Shown here in pieces: positions 37,316-50,139 of a DNA stretch of 64,000 nt. Below the pieces are notes generated by a model. The model was not told the DNA's origin. It saw only the letters and a list, made by a program, of their open reading frames with translations, and searched no databases. Numbering within the stretch: the first letter of the stretch is position 1; the number at the start of each line of letters is the position of its first letter. Source of the DNA: Takakia lepidozioides (lineage: Eukaryota; Plantae; Bryophyta); assembly GCA_030704615.1 (NCBI GenBank), contig CM060731.1, positions 93,000,001 to 93,064,000 on the forward strand, written 5' to 3'. A program made the position numbers and the translations under genes.

Positions 37316-39711
37316 ATGTTTGCATGCCTAACCAGAAAGGTGGACGTGCTGGAGGGATCGCAGGAATCCGAAGAGCTGCAGGCAGAGTCCGTGGAGCTAG
37401 CTGCAACACACACACCCAGCCGATCCACGAGCATGGGTCTTCCTGCCGGTCCTAGCCCTGTGCGTTTCAAGGACGCGGCTTCCAAGGGCAAGTCTTTGCA
37501 GTTCAAAGCCCCAGAGAGCGACTCGCCTTCAAAGGTCATGGAGAATCGCCAGCAGGGGTCTAGCCCTTCTCCAGCAAAGACGAAGAAGAAGCAGCCCGTC
37601 CTTCAACTTGTTTCTGAACCGGACCAGGCCGTTTCCCCCCCCACCCAGGCGAATGAAGCAGATTCAATTGCAGCAGACACCTTCACCTGCAAGAATGAGG
37701 AAGCACAAGGCAATTAGGGGGAGGGCGGAGCAGTCTCCCGCAAAACCGATTCCACGAGCTGAAGCCCAGTTCCTGCTTGATTTCCAGCCTGCTACAGCGA
37801 AGGCAATGGGATCGACCGTCGATCTGGTACCGGAGGAGGGTGCTGCCTCTCAATGTTCTCAGCAAGACTTGACCATAGTTGAGGAAGACCTGACCACTGA
37901 AGGCCCGGAGGAGGCCTCTGCAATAGCACAATTGTCCGCAAAGATTCCCCAGAGTGCAGCTCCAGTTGGGGATGCTCAAGCTGCTCAGCCCCTGCCGCCA
38001 CCAGCAGAAATGTCTCCGGAGGAATTCCAAAGTGCAGCGGATACAATGTTGGAGGAGACACATAGTAGCATTGGCAGAGTTCTGGGCAGCAGGGTATTCC
38101 AGCGGACTCTTCAAATCCCACTCTATCGCATGGTCTCCCTTCCCATCGTCAGGCAGGCACTTCCCGGAGATGTGGATAAGCTCAAGTTCGCATTTCGAGA
38201 AGGGTACCGTCTAGGTTCGCCAGCCTTCTACGTTTCCCTTGAGAATGAGGACGGCGAATCTCGTGGACCCACTGCGGAGGAATTGTCAACATGGGATACC
38301 CACTGGCACACTCGCAACGACGAATTCGAGGCAACCCTGAAGGGTGATCCCGACTTCGGCCATATGTCGGGTAAAATGATCCTTGTGTGGGACGGGAATC
38401 ACCGACTTCTCGCCTGGTGGGAGTACATCAAGCAGAACCATGCCAAGCACATTGGCTGGCATTACAAGGTGGAGTGTGTCATCCTCAAGGTGAAGGCGGA
38501 AGACTCCTCCTTGCTCAAGAATGCCATGGCAGACCTCAACTCGTAAGATACTCATACCCTCCCAAGCACGTTCGAAATGCGGTGCCGCATTTCGGTTTCC
38601 AATCTGTTTTGTTTCCGTGCTTCCGTGGACTGAACTGGAGAGTGTGCCTTGCAGGGTCACTGAAAATGCGTACGTGCATACCCACATGGCACATATGCTG
38701 TACAGGGTGAGGAAAATTGGTCTCACTGATCCGCACATGTTCGCGGAAATGCTGGAGCCCGAGCTCATTCAGAAAGCCGTGGCAAAAATTGACCGGACAT
38801 GGTATCGTCTCACTATGGATAGAATGGTGGAGGTGATATATGAAGTAAGTCGTCCTCCCATTTCCCTCTGCTCATCCTTCCCCAATTTCCGGTAATCTTT
38901 CCACATGAATCGAATGTAACGCTTCTGCATGTTTTTGTTGGCAGTCAAACATCAAGCTGGATTTGGCCCATGCCAAACGCTTCTTCATGGAAAGTGAGGG
39001 GCAGGTCAAAACGTTGCAGTCATTGACTGAGCACTTGAAGGAAGCCGGGGTCAAGTCCAGAACGAAATACAAGTCAAAGCTTGTGAAGCTGGTGGCCATT
39101 GCAGATCCGACACTTGGAAAGGACTTCATCCCCGAGATTGCAAAACACTATTCTCGGGCCATGCAGCCGACCATGCAGTTGGAGAAACTGCATGGCCTCT
39201 CAACGGCATGTGTTGAAGCGAAAGAGAAGGTGATGTTTCAATTCACTGAAGTTCCTTCCTAGCAATAACCACTCTTCTTCCTGCTCTTGACATTGGATCG
39301 GAAATGGCAGACACGGTGGCTGTCGATCTGGAATGCATCGGAGAGTATAAGGACAATGTGGTCTTTTCCACTCGAAGTTTCCGACCCTGCAGTGGATGTG
39401 TGGCTCAACCGCATGACTTGGTGGTTCCAGGTAATTCAAGGTATTTCCCCAGAGTTGCTTTTCTGAAATGAATTCCCTGAACTGCTACGTGACAATGCAT
39501 GTGGGAATCGCAGGTAATGACGAATGCGAAGGAGCGAGTCGTAATGCATACAAATTCGTTCGGCTTGTACGTCAAATGGGATGGAACACAGACATTGGAA
39601 GACTACGTGACACATTTCAGATGTGCTTACAAGGACAACCTCTTCGCCAGGGAGCTACAGACAGCAAGAAGGAGCGTGGAGTTTACACATCAGGAGGGAG
39701 CGGGGATGTGA
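37316..39711 (+). CDS. Transposon-borne spliced gene: low-complexity N-terminus, ParB/Sulfiredoxin-like domain, probable helical C-terminus; one apparent frameshift in the C-run near 37635
   Basis: LQIPLYRMVSLPIVRQALPGDVDKLKFAFREG...FYVSL...ILVWDGNHRLLAWW...VECVIL...AMADLN. GT-AG introns 38543-38654, 38845-38944, 39230-39310 and 39431-39513 join open exons in frame. The start codon and the last donor site are uncertain. Confidence 0.75.
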
Positions 39712-40399
39712 CTACTAATATCTTTCAGGGGTATGCCATATATATTTTTTAAATGGCTCCGGCCAAAGTCGGTGGAACGAAGAGCCGATTGTAAACCTTT
39801 GATAGTTATTGTATTAGATGCGATGAATTGGGTGAATTGGGGAGTCCACAATATCTCTATCTCATCGTTGTACAAGCGTACATTTCTTTGCATATTGCTA
39901 AGCTTATTTTCGTGTTGTCAAATTACATCCATATCAAAAGTGTTGAATACCATCTACTTTGTTTGTAAGTCCATTGTGTATTGCATACTTTTCAACACCT
40001 AATTCTACTAACATCTCATTTTTAAAGAAATTGTGGTGTGTAATCTTGCAGTGTTAGATCCATTATCAAGTAATTTAAAAATAGATGGACATGTATCACG
40101 ATATTTATCAATTGTTTTAAAACTGATAATTCTTTTCTTCCATGGTGACTCATCCGGTATAGCTGAGAGTCAATAAAGGAGGAATGAAAAGGCCAAAAGA
40201 ACCATCCTAGAGGTAATTCAGTGTCCATCCTGGTGGCTCATCCGGTATGGATGAAAAAGCCTGATAGAGGAACAAAAAATCCACACTGATAGCAAACTGC
40301 CAATTCCCAGTAGAGCGGGAGACAGAGGGAGAGAGGGGGCAACAATGAAAAAAAATGGGTTGGGGGGGGGGGGGAGGTCAAATGGTGGGGTCAGCTGCA

Positions 40400-42305
40400 G
40401 CATATGTCCAACACCAGATATCCTAAGTTAATCAACTCTATATCTTGGAAACAGGACCGCCCACCAACCTGTCAAATAGGCTAAGTCATGGCAGAAGACA
40501 GTAGAAGAGATTCTCAAGGACCTGGACCTGGAACCGCAAGTCTCCACCTTGCTGGATAAATCTGACTTAGAGGCTGTAGTGTCCAACCATGTCTATTGCC
40601 ATGAGATTGTCTGATGAAAATGAAGTTAGGCAAAAACTTCCCTCAACTTGTTTCCAGTCAGTGACATGGGGGAGGACATCTTGGATGACCTCAAGGGTCT
40701 ACCCACTCTCGGCACTAGACCGAAATTTAAACTCAGGGCAGGAAGCCTACCTTTGAACAACAAACAGAAGCAGAGAGGAAAGGGAGAGTGCAATTGCCCG
40801 TTGTGTGGGCAATCTGAAGACAGTACTCATTTTCTGATACACTGTCCGAGGTTCTCTCACCAAAGAGATGCTCTCTTCAAATCTATCAAGGGAATTGTGC
40901 ATGTACCTCTGTTTACTAACTTTGAAAGTCTCGAGGCTGAGCCAAAAGCCCAGCCCCTTTTGAGGCTTAGTTTTTGGGCATCTCACACACAGCAGATTGA
41001 TGCTTGTGTGAAGGGATTTGTAGAGGATATCTGGAAAACCCGGATTAATTCTATATGTGAAGGTAAGTCTTACTACCAATGTCAGCCCCTGACAGAGGTA
41101 GGATCTGTCCCTTTTGTTTCCCCAAGAGAGGGGGCAACAAAGAAAAACAGAGAATGTGGGGGGGGGAGGGAGTGACTGAGCAGCAGCAGCTCCTTCTGTG
41201 CTGCTCTCTTTAAGCTCCCGACGAGATAAATTCAAGGTCAGATGGTGGGTTCAGCTACAACATATGTCCAACACCAGATATCTTAAATAATCGACTCTAT
41301 ATCTTGGAAACAGGACCGCCCACCGACCTGTCAAACAGGCTAAGTCCTGGTAGAAGACAGTAGAAGAGATTCTCAAGGACCTGGACCTGGAACCGCAAGT
41401 CTTCACCCTGTTGGATAAATCTGACTTAGAGGCTGTAGTGTCCAACCATGTCTGTGGGCAACTTGAAGACATTATTCATTTTCTGATACAATGTCCGGGG
41501 TTCTCTCACCAAAGAGACGCTCTCTTCAAATCTATCAAGGGAATTGTGCATGTACCTCTGTTTACTAACTTTAAAAAAGTCGAGGCTGAGCCAAAAGCCC
41601 AGCCCCTTCTGAGGCCTAGTTTTTGGGCAACTCACACACAGCAGATTGATGCTTGTGTGAAGGGATTTGTAGAGGATATCTGGAAAACCCGGATTAATTC
41701 TATATGTGAAGGTAAGTCTTACTACCAACGTCAGCCCCTGACAAAGGTAGGATCTGTCCCTTTTGTTTCCCCAAGAGAGGGGGCAACAAAGAAAAACAGC
41801 TCAGTCACTCCCCCCCCCCCCCCCCAACCTTCTTTTCTTTTCTTTGTTGCCCCTGATGTCTCCTTCTCACTCCCTCTCTCTCTCCCTCTCTCTCCCTCTC
41901 TTATGTGCTACTCTCTTTTAAGCTCCCGACACCCTAAATTCAAGGTCAGATGATGGGTTCAGCTGCAACATATGTCCAACACCAGATATCCTAAGTTAAT
42001 CGACTCTATATCTTGGAAACAGGACTGCCCTGTCAAACAGGGTGAGCCCTGGGAGAAGAGAGTAAAAGAGATTCTCAAGGATCTGAATCTAGACCCGCAA
42101 GTCTTGACCTTGCTGGATAAACCTGACTTAGAGAGTGTAGTGTCCAAAGCCATGTCTGTTACCAGAAAATTGTCCGATGAAAATGAAGTTAGGAAGAAAA
42201 CTTCCCTGAACCTGTTTCCAGTCTGTGACATGGGGGAGGACTTCATGGATGCGCTCAAGGGTCTATCCCACTCTTGGTACCAGACCTAAATTTAAAGTCA
42301 GGGCA
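40400..42305 (+). mobile_element. Three tandem, internally deleted LINE ORF2 3' fragments
   Basis: Repeats start at ~40400, ~41250 and ~41960; KFKLRAGSLPL...CPLCGQSEDSTHFLIHCPRF is a CCHC Zn motif typical of the LINE ORF2 C-terminus. Confidence 0.75.
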
Positions 42306-42479
42306 GGGCGCGAATGTAGTTTTGGCCAGGGATGTTTGGCGTATAGCCTCTGAGGGTGAACCATCATGGTTCGTTCCCTGCTGATTGTCCTTGCGGAGTT
42401 CCCAGCATATAGTCGAATTCGACCGAGGCATCGCTACCTCGTCAGGCGCAAATACACCTGCCAGTACTGGGAGGGGTAA

Positions 42480-43847
42480 TGGAGAGTCCTCATCATCCCT
42501 TTTCTCTCTCCTGAGCATTCCCAATTGCTCAATTCTGTTTGCTGTTTCAAATGCCTCCTCCACTGTATTATGGGGTAACATATCCACTTTCTTCTGCAAC
42601 TCTGGCCTTAGTCCACTCACAAACCAAGTCTTCTGTAAACCTGGTGCTAGTACAGCAGCCAGCTTTTTCATCATCAATTCCATCTTTTCCATATACTCCT
42701 CAACAGTTTCATGCTTCTTTTGCTTTAACTGTTGTAAACTTCCATACACTTCATCCTCAGTTTTACTTGTCCTGAACCTATTTCGGAATGCTGTATTCAA
42801 GCCATTCCAGGTTAGGAAATGATTATCAGGGAATCTTGCATACCATTCACTTGCTTTCTTGATAAGTGAACAAGGAAACAATCTCATCTTGGCATCATCG
42901 CCATTCTCATTGTTCACTATACACATGTGCTCAAATTGGCTAATGTGTACATCGGGATCCCCTTTTCCTGAATATATTGGAAAAGGTGGTTTTGCCCGTG
43001 TTGGATGTAACGCCATCTGTGGCCCTACCTTCTGCCCACTGATAGGTGCTGGCACCCTTGCTGATGCTGGTCCTTGAGGACCTGTTGTAGTTGTGGTGGA
43101 TCTTCCACCAAGTGGTGGCCCCTGAGCACTCCCTACTACTGGCCCCACGATATTCATAGTATTCCCAGCTCCAGTTGCACTACTTCCCACATTCCCTGTC
43201 CCCCCAGAGCCAGATCCAGGCAGCCCGCTTGATCCCCCTGAGCCGACACCTTCGTTGGCCTGTGATCCAAGTGCTCCACTTGATCCAGGTCCAACGGGTT
43301 GGGATATCCTGGTTGTAGTCTCAACCTCAGCTGTTGGGTCTACTTCTTCATACTCTTCCTCTTCCAATTTCTTCTCTCTATTTTCATCCTCCAAGTTCTG
43401 CCCTTGGGTTTCTTCTTCACTCATGTAACTCAACTGCAATGGTGTTGGAGAGTCTGAACTCTCCGTTGGCTCTGCCACATCCTCTCCTCCTTCTTCACCT
43501 TCCGCTTCAGAAACTGGAGTTCCTGCTTTTGGTGTTCCATGCCAACTCTTATCAAAGATTTCTGTCAAATCTTTTATCCAGGGATGTACCTCAGATCTTT
43601 CACCTCGTGATTGATCTTCTTCCCGTACCAATTCCCTTAATCTTTCTTGCAAAGAAAAAGAAGGAGTGGCATCCAACTCTAGTTCTTCCAGTATGGGTGA
43701 TGTACTCCCTGATCTTAATGGTGTGAGAGGTCCAGATGATTCCCCTATGTCTATTCCTCTCTCCCAAAGATATGGATAATTAGCTTTCAGATAGCTTTCT
43801 CTTTTTGCTGAATATCTCTGGAGTCTAGCTTCTCTTTCATCACTCAT
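42480..43847 (-). pseudogene. Retrotransposon gag, C-terminally truncated
   Basis: FPIYSGKGDPDVHISQFE...LFPCSLIKKASEWY...TWNGLNTAFRNRF...QKKHETVEEY...FVSGLRPE; homology with the plus copy ends at DDEDS. Confidence 0.85.
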
Positions 43848-45044
43848 GTCCCATGTCTTTCATTTCTTTTAATGTGGCAATAACCAAAACTCTCTTCTGT
43901 AATATCTCTCGTATATGCCTGGGTTTCTTTCAAGCTTCAATGCACCCTTGGCTATACTAGAAGTCTCTGTTACCATATAACCATATGGCAAACAAGTCTG
44001 GAAAGTTGTTCTTGGTGTGAGTTTGATCCACAAAATATCCTTTGGAATCCAATTCTTTACCAGTACAAGCTCTTCATGCATATGAGTATAAACATTCACC
44101 TTTCTTTCCTCCCAGCCTTCAAACTCTACTCGCTTAATGGATAGCAATGCTATCACATAAACCAGTGTTGGTAACCAACGTGCTCTTCCTCTACAGGCCA
44201 CCTGATAAATCTTTATCACTCCTTTCTCCAGACCCCACTCAGGGTCAGCATCATGCACTCTCTTAAGAATGTTTTCTTTACAACCGTCTGGCAATTCCAA
44301 GAACCTCTGAAAGAATCGTTTGGACAATCTTTCCTTCTCAGTTTCACAAGGAATTTGATTCACATCAAATTCTTTAATTCTCCAACCACCATGATCCCAC
44401 TAGATGCCTGTCACATCTGGTTGTTCATGACCCAGTTCCCCAGTATGGTCGCCAAATGTCGAGCGGCTTTTACTCACCCATCCCTTCGCTATCCGAGGTG
44501 GGAACTCCAAGATAGAAGAGTTGGAAATCTCTAAGCACTCAGCCCGCTCAGAACAATCAGTCATGACCTACAGCTAGTGTATCAAGGGGGTGTTTCCTAT
44601 TTGTACTCCTTCCCGCATTCATGTTAGCGAGTTACCTTACTATCTGCAATTGAGTATCAGTTTGCTTCAGAAATCTATCAAGTTCCATCCATTCATTCCA
44701 CAGCTTCACTCAGGTCTCTCTACACAGTGTGAGTATGAAGTATGTATCAGATTAATATCTATCAAGTATCAGATTGAAGCCATGGAGTCTCTAATCTGCT
44801 CTACATTACAACTCTACTGCTTGCATTCATCAAGCATCAACAGATCGTTCTCCTCCTACTCCGTGCTCTCCCTCTTTCTACTCAAAGATGCGCTCTCCGC
44901 TTCATTTCCCAGAAGTGATGCCAGAAGTCCTCCAAGAAGTGCTCCCCAGACGTCCCCGCTCTCCGCTTTTTCTACCTACAAGCTGTAATATAAATGCAAG
45001 AAGGGATAGATATAGGGAAGCACCTCTATGATACACTAGTTGTA

Positions 45045-45360
45045 TGTCGCGGCCCTTTGCCTTGAGGGCAGGGGGTCGGGACGCAGGAGGGGCTGCCCCT
45101 GTGGTGGGGGGGGCAGTGGCAGCGATAGGTACGGGGGGCTGAAGCACCCTTGAGTGCCCAAGGCACTCAAGGAGGCGGAGGCGCTCACTAGGTGGAGCCC
45201 CGCACACCGGGTTGCGGTGGGGGTGGCTCCACAAGGGGTGGTGGTAGCTTAGCGGGACTTAGTGGGGGTGGCATAGGACTCACCATGGGGCGGAGACCTT
45301 GTGGTGGGAGTCGTGGGGAGTCTTGGGACTCATCACGGTCCAATGGGACCGTGGTGGGCT
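45045..45360 (+). repeat. 5' fragment of a family 1 LTR nested within the family 2 LTR
   Basis: Begins TGTCGCGGCCCTTTGCC and is collinear with 20272-20590. Confidence 0.85.
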
Positions 45361-46141
45361 TACTGCCTAGGTTTAAGTAACATATTGCTTCTGCAATCTA
45401 CCATGTTCCACCTACTTAAGCATTCATTCCACAGCTTCACTCCGATCTCTTTACACAGTGTGAATATGAATTAGGAATCATATTAATGCTTATCAAGTAT
45501 CAGGCCAAAACTTTGGTGTCTCTATTCTGTCCTACAGTACATCTCTACAGCTTGCGTGTATCAAACATCAATAGATCATCTCTCCCCACCGAGTGCTCTC
45601 CATCCCTATGCTGAAGATCGTGCTCCTCTCCCTCATGCCAGAAGTGCTCCCAGAAGTGATCCAAGAAGTGATCCCCTCCATGTAGCTACTTTGCCTACTC
45701 TACCTGCAAGATGTTCTACCGCCTAACTAACTAACTGTCATCCAAGACAGAACGCACGTTCCTTCTGCAGATGTCATTCCCACACAGTCGTTCCCTCCCG
45801 TGATGACAGTTCGTTGTGAACGCTGTGACGGCCTGTGATAGTTGTGACGGGCTGTAAAGGCTGTGTCGGGCTGTGATACCATGAAGGGCTATGTCGCTGT
45901 GACGGGCTGTGTCGGCCTGTGTGTGCTGTGTCGGGCTGTGTCTGACTGTGACTGTGCCTGACTGTGGCTAACTGTGACAGGCTGTGATAGGCTGTGTAAG
46001 CCTGTGACTGCTGACTGTGTGAGCCTATTACCACCCCTAAGGCATGTGTCTGTCTGAGTCTACCACCCTTAAGTCTGCGCAAAATTAAGGGTACCCCACA
46101 GAACCCGTAAAACTGTCCAAGTCCCAGACAACCCTCTAACA

Positions 46142-47385
46142 TTCAATGGCCAGGAAGGGCATCGAATGGTTGGCAACATTCCTAGCCAATAATTTTGCAA
46201 CCTAGGATGATATAAAAGCAGCCTCTCAAGAGAGGTATTGGTCCAACAAATCCATATCTGAAATCTTTTCAGGATTACAGAATCTGAGACAGAAAAAAGA
46301 AAGAATTGGTAGTTGGCTACCTGAGGATGAAAACTCTGGTCAGGAAGTTAAACCAAGCATGAGGGGATGACTTACAGAAGTCATGGTTCGTCAATGGACT
46401 TTGTCCTGAGTACGTAACCATGGTTATAGTCTTACCCAACAACACTTTGGCTGAAGCAGTAGGAACTGCAATGAAGTTGGAACTTGGGTTCCACCAAAGC
46501 AGAAACAAGGATTCCAAGGACACCTTGGAAGAAGAAGACTCTGATGATGAAGAAAAACCCAAACCAGAGGAAAAAAGAGGTGATTGATAAAACCACCTTG
46601 GACCAGAAGATAGCAGAGGCTCTCAAGAATTTTAAAAACAAAGAGCCAAGAAAGGCAACATGGTGTCACAAGTGCGAGTGTGGAGCAATTTTCAGTAATT
46701 GTCTAATGGTAATTTGGGTCTTGGTCTGGCATATTACTCAGCCAATGTTGTCTCCGAGGTTTCATTTGTGGTCTTAGTCGTTGGTCTGATCTGATTATTT
46801 GGAGTTGGATCTCCAGAAGGTATATGGGTTCCTTATTGCATTTGAGCTATGGCCTTGCTTACCTCCTAGTGTAAGCTCTTTTCTTCCTGCCAAGCTACAC
46901 TTTCTGGATATTGTTTCCGGTCTTCCAGCTCGGATTCAGATTCCTAATCCGGAGGTTTCTGCATGTTGGCCTGAGTTTGGGTTACCGCAAGGGTATCCAC
47001 TACAGGGGTTACCACACTCATGGGTACACTTGGTCCGGCTTCCATATTTCCCAATTCTGCCTCATGCTTGAGTCGCAACTGGCATTCGTGTTTCCAGTGT
47101 CCCTCTTTCTTGCAATAGTGGCATCTCGTGGTCTCTTTGTTTCTGGGTTGATGTTCTTTATTCCGTGGTGGATAGTCGTCTCGTGGCCTCTGATAACAAT
47201 TACCTGTATTGTATCGTCTTGATCCATCCGATCCTCCCCGTCGGACTTGGACTTGGTGTACCCCCACCTCTCGTGTGTACCCACTCTTCTTGGGCCGTTG
47301 ATTGTAAATACAATGGCTGGTATTATGGTTGTTCATATGACAAATATCACAATATTTGTCTTTCATATGGCATTCTGTTGCTAGA
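46142..47385. pseudogene. Two gag fragments: plus strand ~46142-46680; minus strand ~46944-47385 with Zn knuckles
   Basis: Degenerate LQKSWFVNGL motif on the plus strand; CDICHMNNHNTSHC and CHYCKKEGHWKHEC on the minus strand. Confidence 0.7.
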
Positions 47386-47393
47386 TGTCTGCT

Positions 47394-48042
47394 GGATGGA
47401 AATTCGGCGCCGGATTTCCATCCATCCGGGATTCGAACTACCTGCAGGATGGAAATTCGGCGCCGGATCTCCATCCATCCGGGATTCAAATTACCTGCAG
47501 GATGGAAATTCGGCGCCGGATTTCCATCCATCCGGGATTCGAATTACCTGCTGGATGGAAATTCGGCGCCGGATCTCCATCCATCCGGGATTCGAACTAC
47601 CTGCAGGATGGAAATTCGGCGCCGGATCTCCATCCATCCGGGGGATGGTCTCTGTCGGAGAGGTGCCGGCCTCTCCGCCGCTCTGTTGGATATTCGGTGC
47701 CGAATTTCCGTCCGGGGGTTGAAATATGACGGCCAGGTGCCGACCTCTCCCCCCTCCCCGACTGCATTGGAACGGCCCCGGATTGAAATTCGGCACCGTT
47801 TTTCCATCTGGGGAGGTTTTTATGTCGGCCAGTTTTCGATCTGACCCCCGACACGACTTCCTTTGGGGTGGCCCGGATGGAAATTCGGCGCCGAATCTCC
47901 ATCCAAGGGATGCTCTCTGTCGAACACGTGCCGGCCTCTACGCCCGAGGCGACTTCATCCGGGCGTCCCCTGTTGGATATTCGGTGCCGAATTTCCGTCC
48001 GGGGGTTGAAATGTGACGGCCAGGTGCCGGCCTCTCCCCCCA
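47394..48042. repeat. Orphan type-A palindrome array fragment
   Basis: 53-bp tandem units at 47398, 47451, 47504, 47557 and 47610, followed by sequence matching ~437-830. Confidence 0.93.
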
Positions 48043-50139
48043 CTGAACTCGTGCTTCAGTGAACCTTGATGATGCGCCGCGTAAACCTGCTCCCCTGCTG
48101 CTACATGATACTCGTGATGGCTGGCTCTTGGGATGCGCATTGGCGGTTAGGCAGATTCATCTCTGGCAGATGACAAAGTGATGATCGCTTTGCTCAGAAA
48201 CTCATGGTTCTTTATTTTGCAGCGGCGCTTTTACTCCTCGTTGGGAAGTACTCTATCCCTATTTATATACAGATTACATGTTGCTCTCTTCTTGTATGAG
48301 CCATTCTCTATCTGTGAACGCTTCTACTTTGATTGCGTTCTGTTGGAGACGATCTGTTGGACGCCATGGCGCAGGGCATACCACAAACACTCAAGGTTTT
48401 TTGAGTTTACCCTTGCTTGAATTGTGATCTGTACATGCTTTAGAATTCAACACTGACATGGATAGCAACTGTGAAGACCTGCCACTCACCTGCTGCATCC
48501 TCACTAACACACATCGCTATGTGGTGGTTTTTGGGACAGGCACAGGTGAGGGTCTTCACTTGTCTTGATTTCTTGAAGCTTGCAGCTCCTGTTCTTGCAA
48601 ATGTGGATACTGCTGCTGCCTAAGCTGCTGATGCCATTTGCTGCTTCAGACCTGCTCCAAGATGGCTCCAATGAGGATCTGCTTCTCTCCTTACCCCTGT
48701 TTCTGGTTTTTTACAACCACATTTGCATGTGTAGGAGTTAAGCTATGAAGGGTACAAGGGTACAAAATAGCAGTTATTACTCTGACTGCTTTGATACTTG
48801 GCTGTGAAATGAAACTTCTTGGTATGACTTTGATGGATCAAAAGGATAAGCTTTGATAGATAACACACATTCTTCAAGGCCCTCATATCATTTTGGTTTC
48901 ATGGCTTGATAACAAACAGGGGTTTCTGAGCTGCTCTTTCACCTTGGCAGAGCTATTTTATGAGGCCTTAAAATACCATTCCAGGCCTATACCTGCTTAA
49001 GGGGGCTCAACCCTGTTGTTTCTTCTTCCTTTTTAAGAATCTTGCTTGTATCTTGGTCCTGAAACATCAACTTCAAACCAGTATTGTTTCTTAGGGAAGT
49101 GAAATGCTCAAGACCTGGATTTTGTTTGCCTTGGCCCGCTAAAGACTCTCAATTTAAAGGCCTGGCTGCAGGCAGGGTTCTTCTGAGTTTCTTTGTTAAC
49201 TCAGATCTTTGGAGGTTCTAGAATACCACTTAAGACCTAGATCTGTTTTGGAACACTCAACCTTGCATAGGTTTCTTGTTTACTGCTTGTGGTTTGGCAT
49301 TGATACATCACCAAACTAGCTTTGGAATGAAACCTCTCAGCTTGACTCTGTTGTGTCAAACAGGTACGCCTTGTTTAGGGAACACACACACTCATTATGG
49401 CTCTCATAGCAGTCTGAATTTGAGGGCTGATAGCAGGCAAATTTGGGATAATTTGCCTTGCTTCTGTTCTATGATTCCTGCTTGTGACACGACACTGAAA
49501 CGTCACCTTCAGGCCAGCAATAGCCTCTAGGGATAAGACTTGTTCAAAACCTGGATGTTGGCATGCAGCCTCATGATATATACCATGTCTTGAACCATGC
49601 CAATAGGGCAAGAGGAAACATGATGTAAACCAGCAAATGCTTAAGGCATATTTGTTTGACTATTCAAACTCAACTTGAATTGTTTTTGAGCATGAGTCTT
49701 GGGGAATGTCCCAAGACCTACAATCTGGTTTTCACAACTTATTTTGCTAAGGTGTTGTGTCTATTTGCAAATACTTAAGGCATGTATGGCTGGCTGTTTC
49801 AACTTGAAGTGCTATGAGCTTGATTCTGGGAAATATCCCCAAACTTGCAATCTGGTTTTTGAAATGAGTTTGAAATGAGTTTTTGAAATGATGGTGCAAA
49901 CTATGGTGCTTTCATGATATGATTGACCTGGAATCCCACCCTCCCACCCTGTTTTTTCAGAGACCCTGAAATGTAATGGGGTATTCAAATGAGATTGTAA
50001 ACATGAAAGGGAATGTTAGATGGTGCCCTGTAAAGGGCTGTTTTGTCTTTCAATGACAATGACCTTAGCGGTCTTGTCCATGTCTTGACATGACATGTAT
50101 ATCTTCCCTCTCTCTTTTTAACTTTTTCTGCAGAGGGGT

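Larger units (their letters stand above)
30698..39711 (-). mobile_element. MULE-like transposon copy 3 (subfamily B): terminus, transposase (-), palindrome array, divergent ParB-like gene (+); far end not found
   Basis: Terminus CGAGGTTTACTATTTCATGAGC with CATGAGC repeats, homologous to the copy 1 end; type-B palindromes at ~31158, ~31254, 35498-36714 and ~38574. Confidence 0.82.
42480..46141 (-). mobile_element. gypsy family 2 (Tat/Ogre-like): rearranged LTR 44457-46141, PBS ~44438-44454, extra ORF 43869-44363, gag truncated
   Basis: LTR starts TGTTAGAG and ends CTCGACA, followed by TGGCGACCATACTGGGG; matches 56255-58230 in inverted orientation. Confidence 0.8.

Noticed and set aside
37608-38546. 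Bacterial contaminant or integrated plasmid parB
   Set aside because: The gene has in-frame GT-AG introns, there is no parA, and it sits inside a eukaryotic transposon
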